Below, piece after piece: positions 50,076 to 59,006 of a stretch of 64,000 bases of DNA. The position numbers and the translations under genes are program-made. How positions within the stretch are numbered: position 1 is the stretch's first letter; each line of letters opens with the position of its first letter. A model generated the notes under the pieces. It saw nothing but the letters and a program-made list of their open reading frames with translations. It made no database searches and was not told the DNA's origin. Location: contig CAZIZE010000063.1 of NCBI GenBank assembly GCA_964543655.1, positions 23,020 through 87,019 of the forward strand, in the 5' to 3' direction. This stretch comes from an uncultured bacterium. Lineage in GTDB: Bacteria > DYJV01.

Positions 50076-50914
50076 TGAGAGAATTTAACCTTGCTATTTC
50101 AACATGCCCCAATGATACATTTATTTTTTATGCTTTAGTTAATAATAAATTTGAAAATTATAAATTTAATGTTTCTTTTGCTGATATTAATGAGCTTAAC
50201 AATTTGGCTTTTCAAAAAGAATTTGATATTATTAAGGTCTCATTTAATGCATTTGGATTTTTAATGAATGATTATGATCTGCTTGATTCTGGAAGTGCAC
50301 TGGGTCAGGGTTGCGGACCAATAATAATTTCAAAAAATTTTGTGAAAATAGAAGAGCTTTCAGGGAGAAAGGTTGGTGTTCCTGGAAAGTACACAACAGC
50401 AAATTATCTTTTTAACCTTGCTAAAAATGTTGAAACAGAAGATGTATTTATGCGTTTTGACAGAATAATCCCTGCAATTTTGAAAAATGAGATAGATGCT
50501 GGGGTTATAATTCATGAAAGCAGGTTTACATATGAAAGTTATGGGCTTAAAAAAATTTTGGATCTTGGCGAATATTGGGAGAAACACTTTAATACGCTTA
50601 TTCCACTTGGAGGGATTATTGTAAAAAAAAGTATAGAGCCAAATGTAAAAATGGAGATAGATAAGTTAATTAAGCTTAGCATAAATTTTTCAAAAAATAA
50701 TTTTCAGAGAGTTCTACCTTTTATTAAAAATTATGCAAAAGAGCTTGATGAAGCAACAATTAAATCTCATATAGACCTCTATGTTAATCAATATACCTAT
50801 TCCCTTGGAAAAGAGGGAAGTTTAGCAATAGAAAAGTTTTATAAATCAGGTTATGAAAAAGGAATTTTTGAAAATTTTAAATTTTGCATTGTGGGGCAAA
50901 ATGGAATAGGGTAA
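50075..50914 (+). CDS. MqnA/MqnD-family (futalosine-pathway menaquinone biosynthesis) periplasmic-binding-fold protein
   Basis: N-terminal ISTCPNDTFIFYAL signature of the MqnA/MqnD (DUF178/191) family. Confidence 0.6.
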
Positions 50915-50935
50915 AATTTAAAAGGAGGAGTTATA

Positions 50936-53194
50936 ATGTATCTTAACGAGAGGCAAAAGATTGTTCTTGAACGAAGAATTTTACTTAGAAATGAAAAAGG
51001 AGAAGTAGTAGAAACACCAATTGAAATGTTCAGACGAGTTGCTAATTATGTGGCAAAAGCTGAAAAAGAAAGTAAAAAGCAGAAAGAGTATGAAAAAAAA
51101 TTTTTTGAAGTTATGACCAATCTTGATTTTTTACCAAACAGCCCCTGCCTTGTTAATGCTGGAGTGCCAGGTAGAAAGCATCAGCTTGCTGCATGTTTTG
51201 TTCTTGTTGTTGATGATGAAATAGAGAATATATATGAGACATTGAAACATGCTGCTATTATTCATAAAACAGGGGGAGGCACAGGATTTGATTTTTCAAA
51301 AATAAGGCCAGAAGGTGCTATTGTTAATACTACTAAAGGTATTGCATCTGGTCCTGTTTCATTTATGAAAATATATGATGTATCAACTGAGCAAATTAAA
51401 CAGGGAGGAGTTAGAAGAGGTGCAAATATAGGAGTTTTGAGAGTTGACCATCCTGATGTGTTGAAGTTTATTGAAGCTAAAAAAGGCAAAGATTGTCTTA
51501 AAAATTTTAATCTCTCTGTAGCAATAACTGATGAGTTTATTAAAGCAGTTAAGGATGATGATGAGTTTGAGTTGAAACATGAGCATTTTGATAAGACAAT
51601 AAAAGTTAGAGCAAGAGATTTGTGGGATAAAATTGTTAAGAATGCTCATGGTACAGGTGACCCAGGACTTTTATTTATTGATAGAATTAATGAGCTACAT
51701 CCTGTTGCAAATTATGAAATTAGAGCAACTAATCCATGTGGAGAAACTGTTCTTGCTGATGGTGAATTGTGCTGTCTTGGAAGTATAAACCTTTCAAATT
51801 TTTACAATGCAGAAAAGCATTCAATTGATTACAGTAGGCTTGCAGATGTTGTTTCAATTGGTATTAGGTTTCTTGACAATATACTTGATGTAAATGATTA
51901 TCCTCTTGAAAAAATAAAGAAAGTTACACTTGATAATAGAAAAATTGGTCTTGGAGTTATGGGATGGGCTGACCTATTAATAAAATTGAAAATACCATAC
52001 AATTCAGAGGAAGCAATAGAACTTGGTGAAGAAGTTATGAGCTTTATTCTTACTGAAGCTGCAAGGACAAGTTATGAACTTGGGAAAGAAAAAGGGGCTT
52101 TTCCAAATGTGAAAAATTATAAACCTTATCCTGCAATTAAAAACATAATTAAGAATAAACTTGGGTTGAAAATAGATGAATATAAACCAAGAAATGCTAC
52201 TCTCACAGCAATTGCACCTACAGGTACTCTCTCTATAATTGCAAATTGTTCATCTGGTATTGAGCCTGTTTTCTCATTTGAAACTTTGGAAAGAAGAGTT
52301 GATACAGAGATTGTTCATTACCATCCTCTTTACAAAGAGTGGATAGAGAACCATTCTGAGGAGGATAAACCAGATTATTTTGTTACAGCTCATGATGTGC
52401 CTGTTGATTACCATATTAGAATGCAGGCAGCATTTCAGAAATTTAACTGTAACTCAGTTTCAAAAACTATTAATCTTCACAGAGGTGCATCAGAGCAAGA
52501 AGTTTATGATGCTTTTATTAAAGCGTACGATTATGGATGTAAGGGGATTACTGTGTATGTTGATGGAAGCCTTGAAGGTCAGACTCTTTCAATAAAATCA
52601 GAAGCAGAGATGGAAGAGATTCCAGCATGGTTAAAAGAGTATGTTGATGAATACAAAGAAAATGGTGAGGAAGAAGTTGTTGAGTTTATTAAGAAAAATT
52701 ATAATCATCCATTTTTTACAAATGGTTTAAAGCCAATTCAAAGAATTGACCATTTACAGGGTATTACATATAGGATAAAAACAGGTTATGGTAACTTATA
52801 TGTAACAATAAATGAACTTACAGGTAAACCATTTGAAGTGTTCTGCCAGATTGGTAGAAGTGGTGCAAGTGAGCTTGCTAAAGCAGAAGCTGTTGGTAAA
52901 CTTGTATCTCTTGCACTAAGAAGTGGAATCCAACTTGAATACATTATAGAGCAGATAGATGATATTATGGGTAGCCAGCCTATTATTACAAAGCAGGGAT
53001 ACATTAAATCAATTCCAGATGCTATGGCTAAAGTTTTAAAAGAGTATATGGAAAAAAGGCAGAAAAAACAGGTTAAGTCTAAAATAGCCCCAAAAATAGG
53101 TAAGCAGATATGTCCAGAATGTGGAAATGACCTTATCCCTGATAGTAGGTGTCCATATTGTAGTGTTTGTGGGTGGAAAAGTTGCGGTGGTTAA
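50936..53194 (+). CDS. nrdJ: Class II (adenosylcobalamin-dependent) ribonucleotide reductase NrdJ with C-terminal zinc ribbon
   Basis: Class II RNR motifs (NSPCLVNAGV, ACFVL, TNPCGE, thiyl-radical loop) and CPECGNDLIPDSRCPYCSVCGW. Confidence 0.9.
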   Translation: MYLNERQKIVLERRILLRNEKGEVVETPIEMFRRVANYVAKAEKESKKQKEYEKKFFEVMTNLDFLPNSPCLVNAGVPGRKHQLAACFVLVVDDEIENIYETLKHAAIIHKTGGGTGFDFSKIRPEGAIVNTTKGIASGPVSFMKIYDVSTEQIKQGGVRRGANIGVLRVDHPDVLKFIEAKKGKDCLKNFNLSVAITDEFIKAVKDDDEFELKHEHFDKTIKVRARDLWDKIVKNAHGTGDPGLLFIDRINELHPVANYEIRATNPCGETVLADGELCCLGSINLSNFYNAEKHSIDYSRLADVVSIGIRFLDNILDVNDYPLEKIKKVTLDNRKIGLGVMGWADLLIKLKIPYNSEEAIELGEEVMSFILTEAARTSYELGKEKGAFPNVKNYKPYPAIKNIIKNKLGLKIDEYKPRNATLTAIAPTGTLSIIANCSSGIEPVFSFETLERRVDTEIVHYHPLYKEWIENHSEEDKPDYFVTAHDVPVDYHIRMQAAFQKFNCNSVSKTINLHRGASEQEVYDAFIKAYDYGCKGITVYVDGSLEGQTLSIKSEAEMEEIPAWLKEYVDEYKENGEEEVVEFIKKNYNHPFFTNGLKPIQRIDHLQGITYRIKTGYGNLYVTINELTGKPFEVFCQIGRSGASELAKAEAVGKLVSLALRSGIQLEYIIEQIDDIMGSQPIITKQGYIKSIPDAMAKVLKEYMEKRQKKQVKSKIAPKIGKQICPECGNDLIPDSRCPYCSVCGWKSCGG

Positions 53195-53757
53195 TAAGTG
53201 ATATTTTTGAGAAACTTAGAGATATAGATATTATAATAGGTGTAAAATTTGAAAATATTAATTCATTAAAAATTTCTGAAAATATTTTATATATTTCTTT
53301 TTATAGAGGTTTGTTTGGCTTTAATGAAATTAATTATATTAAAGAGATACTTTTTGATAACTTTAATATAACAGAGGCAAAATTTCAACAGGATAAGGAG
53401 AAAATTTTATATCCTTATCCTGTTGTTAATTCAAAATTTAACAATTTCATAACAGAAATTTCTATTGAACAAAATGAGTATATTTTAGAGTTTTTTCAAA
53501 AGGATAATAAGAAACATTATGAAAAATGTAAACATGCTTTTCGCAATATTAATGAATTCCTCACTTATTTATCAAACTATACTTTAAAAAAGGTAAATTT
53601 ATTAGAAGAGCTTTACAGATATAATCAGGTGATTCTCCCTTTTGAGCTTTTTGAAGAAGAAATAGCTTATATTACAGAAAAATGGGAGAGTTTTAGAAGA
53701 AAAGAAAATATAATTAAGTTTGTTGATAAAATTTATTTTAATGTCAAAGGGGGATAG
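53167..53757 (+). CDS. Hypothetical protein (196 aa) with no in-frame ATG, presumably a TTG or GTG start
   Basis: A long open frame is improbable by chance in such AT-rich DNA, but the only possible starts are non-ATG codons overlapping the nrdJ 3' end. Confidence 0.35.
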   Translation: MWVEKLRWLISDIFEKLRDIDIIIGVKFENINSLKISENILYISFYRGLFGFNEINYIKEILFDNFNITEAKFQQDKEKILYPYPVVNSKFNNFITEISIEQNEYILEFFQKDNKKHYEKCKHAFRNINEFLTYLSNYTLKKVNLLEELYRYNQVILPFELFEEEIAYITEKWESFRRKENIIKFVDKIYFNVKGG

Positions 53758-53758
53758 A

Positions 53759-54013
53759 ATGAGCCATCATCACCATCATCACAACCATTCACATGATAAT
53801 TGTACCTCAGAAGAAAAGGGATTAAGAGAAAAGTTAAAAATTTTGGTAGCTCATTGGATGGAGCATAATAATTCACATTTACAAGAGTATAAAAAATGGG
53901 AAAACCGAGCAAAAGAAGAGGGAGAAATAGACCTTGCTGAGATTTTAAAAGAAGTTTGCGAAAAAGTAAAAGAGATAGATATGCTTTACAAAGAGTTAGA
54001 AAAGTTATTATAA
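53759..54013 (+). CDS. Small His-rich protein (MSHHHHHHNHSHDNC..., 84 aa), putative metal-binding
   Basis: SD AAAGGGGGA 5 nt upstream of the ATG; a native run of 6 His plus HxH and Cys at the N-terminus, then a helical tail. Confidence 0.45.
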   Translation: MSHHHHHHNHSHDNCTSEEKGLREKLKILVAHWMEHNNSHLQEYKKWENRAKEEGEIDLAEILKEVCEKVKEIDMLYKELEKLL

Positions 54014-54023
54014 AAATTCAATA

Positions 54024-55577
54024 ATGAAAAAAGTAGAAAATCATCTGATTTTAAATATTACCCGAATGGGTGATATTATTCAATCAGCACCTTTATTAAC
54101 TAATCTTAAAAAAAAAGGTGTAAAGATAAGCTACCTTTTGTTGAGCAATTTTAAAGAAACAGCTACACTTATCCCTGAAATTGATGAAATAATAGAGCTT
54201 GATTTCAGCTCATTGCTTGAAGCAATTGACAGATTTGATTTTGCCACTGCTTTTAATTATTTTAAATATTTTGAAGAAGATTTATTAAAAATAAAATTTA
54301 AAAAATTATATAATCTTTCCTTTTCAAAATTAAGTGCATACCTTTCATATTTTATAAACTCTGATTATAAAAAAGGATTAATTTTCAAAAGAAGTAATGA
54401 ATTTGTTGCAAATGATAACTGGAGTAGATTTTTTTTATCAATAGTAGATTACAGAGAGTTTTCTCCATTTAATCTTGTAGATATTTATTCTATGATTGGT
54501 TCAGCAAATAGTGGAAATATTTTTATTGAAAGAATTGATAATAAAGAGAGCCTGAAAATAGGTTTTGTTATGGGTGCTTCATCGTATGATAGACGTTGGT
54601 CTCCTGAAAATTTTGCTATATTAGCAGAAAAGATTTTAAAAGAATTTCCATTAAGCAGGATAATTTTATTTGGTACAAAATCTGAAAAAGAGCTTGGAGA
54701 AAGATTTTTTAAATACTTTAAGTTCGATAAAGGGAACATAGTGGATTTGATTGGTAAGACAACTGTAAAAGAATTGGCTGAAGAGATAAAAAATATAGAT
54801 ATTCTCATAACAAATGACACAGGTACAATGCATTTAGCATGGTATTTTGGAAAAAGGGTTATTGAGTTATCACTTGGTCCAGCTCTCTATAACACAACAG
54901 GTCCTTATGGAGATGGACACATTGTAGTGCAGCCTGAAATCGATTGTGTTCCATGCAGTTATAAAACAAAGTGTAAAACATTGCATTGCCATAAATTAAT
55001 ATCAGCAGATGTTGTTATGCAATGCTTGAGATTTTTATTAAAAGAAGAGAGAAATTTTTCTTCATGTAATAATGTGAAAATATTGGAAACTTATTTTGAC
55101 AGAAAAGGTTTTCTCAGTTTCAAACTAATTCATGGAAAAAAAACAAAAGATATAGAGTTGAGAGAATTATTGAAAGATATATGGATTGATACTTTAGAAA
55201 AGTGTTTGAAAAAAAATGAAAAATATATTATTAATAGAGAAGCGCGATTTTACCTTATTTACAAATATATTTCAAATATTAAAAAGATAATAGAGAATTG
55301 CTTAAATTATATTGAAAAAAATAGAATTGATGATGTGGAAGGCAGTATTGAGTTACTTTACAATATTGATTATGAGCTGAGAAATCTTATTTACAGTAAC
55401 TATAAAGAGTTAATTCCATTTTATAAATACTTTGAATTTAGTAAAAATTTATTATCAGAAACAGATTTGAAATATAATCTAAAGTCATTAAAGTATTTGT
55501 ACGATATTTTACTATGGCAAATTAAGATGTTAGAATATAAAAATTTAAATGGAGGAGAGTATGAAAGTTTATCTTGA
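54024..55577 (+). CDS. GT9-family (heptosyltransferase-like) glycosyltransferase with a roughly 170-aa C-terminal extension
   Basis: N-terminal ILNITRMGDIIQSAPLL and central GKTTVKELAEEIKNIDILITNDTGTMHLAWYFGKRVIELSLGP resemble ADP-heptose:LPS heptosyltransferase motifs. Confidence 0.55.
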   Translation: MKKVENHLILNITRMGDIIQSAPLLTNLKKKGVKISYLLLSNFKETATLIPEIDEIIELDFSSLLEAIDRFDFATAFNYFKYFEEDLLKIKFKKLYNLSFSKLSAYLSYFINSDYKKGLIFKRSNEFVANDNWSRFFLSIVDYREFSPFNLVDIYSMIGSANSGNIFIERIDNKESLKIGFVMGASSYDRRWSPENFAILAEKILKEFPLSRIILFGTKSEKELGERFFKYFKFDKGNIVDLIGKTTVKELAEEIKNIDILITNDTGTMHLAWYFGKRVIELSLGPALYNTTGPYGDGHIVVQPEIDCVPCSYKTKCKTLHCHKLISADVVMQCLRFLLKEERNFSSCNNVKILETYFDRKGFLSFKLIHGKKTKDIELRELLKDIWIDTLEKCLKKNEKYIINREARFYLIYKYISNIKKIIENCLNYIEKNRIDDVEGSIELLYNIDYELRNLIYSNYKELIPFYKYFEFSKNLLSETDLKYNLKSLKYLYDILLWQIKMLEYKNLNGGEYESLS

Positions 55578-56181
55578 TAACCAGCAGATAGAAGTTGATG
55601 TTAACAAATTTAATAATTTAGAGGATCTTATTTATGAAGTAATGAGTAAGTTTATTCCAGGTGATAGATTGTTGGTTGAAGTAAAAGTTAATGATGTAAC
55701 TTTTTCTGAGAGATGGCCTGGAGAAGCTAAAATAGTCCCTCTTGATAAAATAGTGAAATTAGATTTTCTCACTGTTCCAATAGAAGAAGCTGCATCTAAA
55801 ATGCTTGATGATTTACCGGCTCAGATAGATATGATTCATAAGGGATTGTTAGAAGCAGCAGAGCTTTACAGAGTTGCAGATGAGCAGGAAGCCAACCTAC
55901 ATTTTGTTAAAATGTTAGCTACATTAAGAGATTTTGTAAGTTTTATTACTCAGCTTAGGAAAGCAAATATTATTAATTGGGATAAACTTAATATTGATGG
56001 TATGGAAATAGAAACTCATTATGAAAAACTTAATAAATTAATAGATGAGATGCTTGATGTTCAGGAAGATGAAGATTGGATTTTACTTGCTGATCTTATT
56101 GAATATGAATTAAATCCAATAATGATAAAATGGAAAGAGTTTTTAGAGCAGGCAAATAGGCATTTAAAAGAAAAAATATGA
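55561..56181 (+). CDS. Hypothetical protein (about 206 aa)
   Basis: GGAGGAG Shine-Dalgarno 7 nt before the ATG at 55561; no recognisable domain. Confidence 0.4.
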   Translation: MKVYLDNQQIEVDVNKFNNLEDLIYEVMSKFIPGDRLLVEVKVNDVTFSERWPGEAKIVPLDKIVKLDFLTVPIEEAASKMLDDLPAQIDMIHKGLLEAAELYRVADEQEANLHFVKMLATLRDFVSFITQLRKANIINWDKLNIDGMEIETHYEKLNKLIDEMLDVQEDEDWILLADLIEYELNPIMIKWKEFLEQANRHLKEKI

Positions 56182-58073
56182 AAGAAGTAGTTTATAAAGG
56201 ACATGGCCAAATAGAGAATTACTCTATTGATTCTGCTCTATGGGGTGTTGTTGCCCATGAGCAGAGGCATGCAAATTTTAACAGATATATTTCATCAATA
56301 AAAAATGAAGAAGTAGATCAAGATGTTAAAATTACCATTCAATTTGAAGATGGCAAACCTGTACCAGTAAAAGCCTACACAGAAGCTAAATTTGACAAAA
56401 ATAGTAAAAAAGAAGAAGATTTTTTAAAAGTATTATTTTTAAATTTTCAAATTTCAAAAACCAAAAAAGAAATAGAAAATACTGAAAATAAAGATAGAAG
56501 AATAGAACTATACATTAAACTGAGAGACTATGAGCAGCAACTTGAAAACTTAAAAAAGAGATTATTTATTTCTGACAAAACGGAATATAAAAAAGATAAT
56601 GCCCAATTTTATGGTATTTACGATTTCCAGAAATATAACATTCCACCTGTTAGATTAACAGACCCTTTTTTATCAGGTTATGAAGTTAACCAATTGTTAA
56701 AAGATGCTTATCTTAAAGATAGCTCCTCTACAGCAATGCCTGAGAAATTAATATATCAGAATAAGAATTACAAAGATTATGTTGTTAATGCATTGGAAGA
56801 GCTTTATAGAAAATTTTTGGATTTAGATTCATTTTTAAATGATTATAATTTTCAATTTTATCAAGCTAAATCAAACGATTATTTTAATTTAGTTATTACA
56901 GATAATTACAATGATGGAGAAAAGGAATTTAAGATAAATATTAAAAGCATTGCAAAATCATTTATAGTGTATTCGAAAAAATTTTTTGATCCTTATGAAG
57001 CTCTTGGGATAAGTGGTAGTTTTAAGTTAAATGGAGTAGAAATAGATGTTGATACTACAGATTCACTTTATGATATTGTTGAAAAGATAAACTGGGGTGA
57101 AGATACCAATCACAATGGTGTTCTTGATTATGATCTTGGAGAAGATGTTAATAATAATCAGCAGTTAGATGGTGGGACATCTGATCATGGGATATATGCT
57201 TATATTGAAAATAACAGATTGTTTTTAAAAAATTTTGAAACAGGAGATAAAACCATTGTAATAGATGATTCAGATAATATTTTACACAATTTTAACATTA
57301 TAGCTGAAAATCCTGATGATGATTCATATTATTTCCCAAATATTTTTCAAAAGGGCACAAATGCAGATGTTGTTATTAATGGAAAAGAAATCTCTTCTGT
57401 TTCAAATCTTATTTCATACAATGGAATGTTATTTAATTTAAAGCATGTTACCAATGGTGATTATACTCTTAAAATTAATGCTGATAATGATACTGTTTTT
57501 AATAAAATTAAAATGTTTGTTAATGAGTACAACAGAGTAATTAAAGATTTAAATGAAAAATTAGAAGATGATAATTTTACCAAATCTTTTGTTGTATTAA
57601 AGATGAAGAGGGAGCTTACAGAGGCAGTATTTTCTGATGTTAAAAATATTGATGTAACAGATATAGGATTTAATTTATTAGATGAGAAAAATTATATTAC
57701 CCCTTTGCAACTAAGAGATCTTACTAATAAAAAATTTAATTTAAGCTTACACGATTTACTATATTCTATTGGTATTAAAAATAACAATGATGAAACAATT
57801 GAGATAGATGAAGACACATTAAAAAATTCTATAAAAAAGAATAAAAGTGGAGTGTATAATCTATTTTTTTCTGAAAATGGAGTGGTAAATAGATTAAAAG
57901 AAGTTGTAAACAAAGTGATTAATACAGATAATGGAATGATAGCAAATGAAATCAGCCAGATCTCCTCAGAAAAATTATCAGAAATATTCAAGCTTTATGA
58001 AAAAGAAAAGGTTTATGCTCAATACTATGCTGAAAAATTAGGAACAATTAATGAAATAATAACATTAAAATAG
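56178..58073 (+). CDS. Hypothetical large protein (631 aa) with two dockerin/EF-hand-like Ca-binding loop motifs
   Basis: DTNHNGVLDYD and DVNNNQQLDGGTSD match the DxNxNGxxD loop pattern; otherwise no assignable domain. Start overlaps the previous gene by 4 nt. Confidence 0.4.
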   Translation: MKEVVYKGHGQIENYSIDSALWGVVAHEQRHANFNRYISSIKNEEVDQDVKITIQFEDGKPVPVKAYTEAKFDKNSKKEEDFLKVLFLNFQISKTKKEIENTENKDRRIELYIKLRDYEQQLENLKKRLFISDKTEYKKDNAQFYGIYDFQKYNIPPVRLTDPFLSGYEVNQLLKDAYLKDSSSTAMPEKLIYQNKNYKDYVVNALEELYRKFLDLDSFLNDYNFQFYQAKSNDYFNLVITDNYNDGEKEFKINIKSIAKSFIVYSKKFFDPYEALGISGSFKLNGVEIDVDTTDSLYDIVEKINWGEDTNHNGVLDYDLGEDVNNNQQLDGGTSDHGIYAYIENNRLFLKNFETGDKTIVIDDSDNILHNFNIIAENPDDDSYYFPNIFQKGTNADVVINGKEISSVSNLISYNGMLFNLKHVTNGDYTLKINADNDTVFNKIKMFVNEYNRVIKDLNEKLEDDNFTKSFVVLKMKRELTEAVFSDVKNIDVTDIGFNLLDEKNYITPLQLRDLTNKKFNLSLHDLLYSIGIKNNNDETIEIDEDTLKNSIKKNKSGVYNLFFSENGVVNRLKEVVNKVINTDNGMIANEISQISSEKLSEIFKLYEKEKVYAQYYAEKLGTINEIITLK

Positions 58074-58082
58074 GATTTTAAA

Positions 58083-58508
58083 GTGAAAGAAAAATTTTTA
58101 ATTATTATAGATGAGGAAAAGAAAATTTACAATGAGATTTACTCGTTAAATTTGACACTTTTAAACAAAGTTAAAAGTTTTGAATTTGAGGAATTTAAAA
58201 AAGATGTTTTAAAGAAAGATAAACTTATTAATGAGCTTCAAAATTTTGACAAAGAATTGATGAATTTATGGCGCAACTGGGAAGAATATAAAGAGCTGTT
58301 TTCTGAAAATGAGAAAAATAATATTAGGGAATTAAAATCATTAATGGAGAAAAATTTTGAAATTGAAAATATAATAATTTCTGAATTTGAAAAATTAATG
58401 GAAAAAGAGAAAACAAAAAATAAGCATATTCAGAAAGGTAAAGCAGCTTTTAATGCTTATAAAACCAAAAAAGTATCATTCCCATATTTTGTAAATGAAA
58501 AGGGTTAA
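58083..58508 (+). CDS. Hypothetical coiled-coil protein (141 aa)
   Basis: ORF convergent with fliS; heptad-rich; no domain recognised. Confidence 0.35.
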   Translation: MKEKFLIIIDEEKKIYNEIYSLNLTLLNKVKSFEFEEFKKDVLKKDKLINELQNFDKELMNLWRNWEEYKELFSENEKNNIRELKSLMEKNFEIENIIISEFEKLMEKEKTKNKHIQKGKAAFNAYKTKKVSFPYFVNEKG

Positions 58509-58522
58509 GCGGAAATTTCCGC

Positions 58523-58951
58523 TTATGCCCTTAGTTCTGATAAATTAACTTTTCCTTCTGGTAAGTTAGCAGTTTCTGATTCTTGAGGATTTTTTTTGCT
58601 AATTTCTTCCCATGCTTCTTTTAAAGTATTTAAAATAGAGATTACTTCCATAATCATTTTTTTATTTTTTGAAATATTTGCTTTCACAAGGTAGAAGTAT
58701 AGAAAATTGTAAATTTTTCTCAAATTTACAGCGATTTCACCACCTTCTTTCATATTGAGGGAGTTGTTTAGCTCATCAATAATATCTTGTGCTTTTGAGA
58801 TGTAGATACCCTTATTTGCCATGTCATTTTTTTCCAAATATTGAATGGCTGTTTTTAGGAATGAAATTGCACCATCATAGAGCATTACAACAAGTTTTAA
58901 CCTGTCACTTGTGGTAACCTGCATTTTTTGATAATTCATGTAATTGTTCAT
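58523..58951 (-). CDS. fliS: Flagellin-specific chaperone FliS
   Basis: YQKMQVTTSDRLKLVVMLYDGAISFLKTAI...KAQDIIDELNNSL is canonical FliS. Start moved to the ATG preceded by GGAGGA (MNNYMNYQ...), which removes the 86-nt overlap with fliD. Confidence 0.8.
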   Translation of the reverse strand: MNNYMNYQKMQVTTSDRLKLVVMLYDGAISFLKTAIQYLEKNDMANKGIYISKAQDIIDELNNSLNMKEGGEIAVNLRKIYNFLYFYLVKANISKNKKMIMEVISILNTLKEAWEEISKKNPQESETANLPEGKVNLSELRA

Positions 58952-59006
58952 TTTATCCTCCTGAAAAGTTTTTCCTTTTTCAATTTGTATAGCAATTGAC
59001 GTGCCA

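Noticed and set aside
53759-53800. The His6 run as a cloning-vector or His-tag contamination
   Set aside because: Flanking sequence is native and AT-rich with a proper Shine-Dalgarno sequence. The run continues as NHSHDNC rather than a vector linker or protease site, and the gene sits in an operon context.
56178-58073. HExxH (VVAHEQRHANF) near the N-terminus of the 631-aa protein as a zincin metalloprotease site
   Set aside because: It is a single pentapeptide match 25 residues from the N-terminus, with no downstream third ligand (E, H or EXXXD) in a plausible position and no other zincin features. It is most likely chance.
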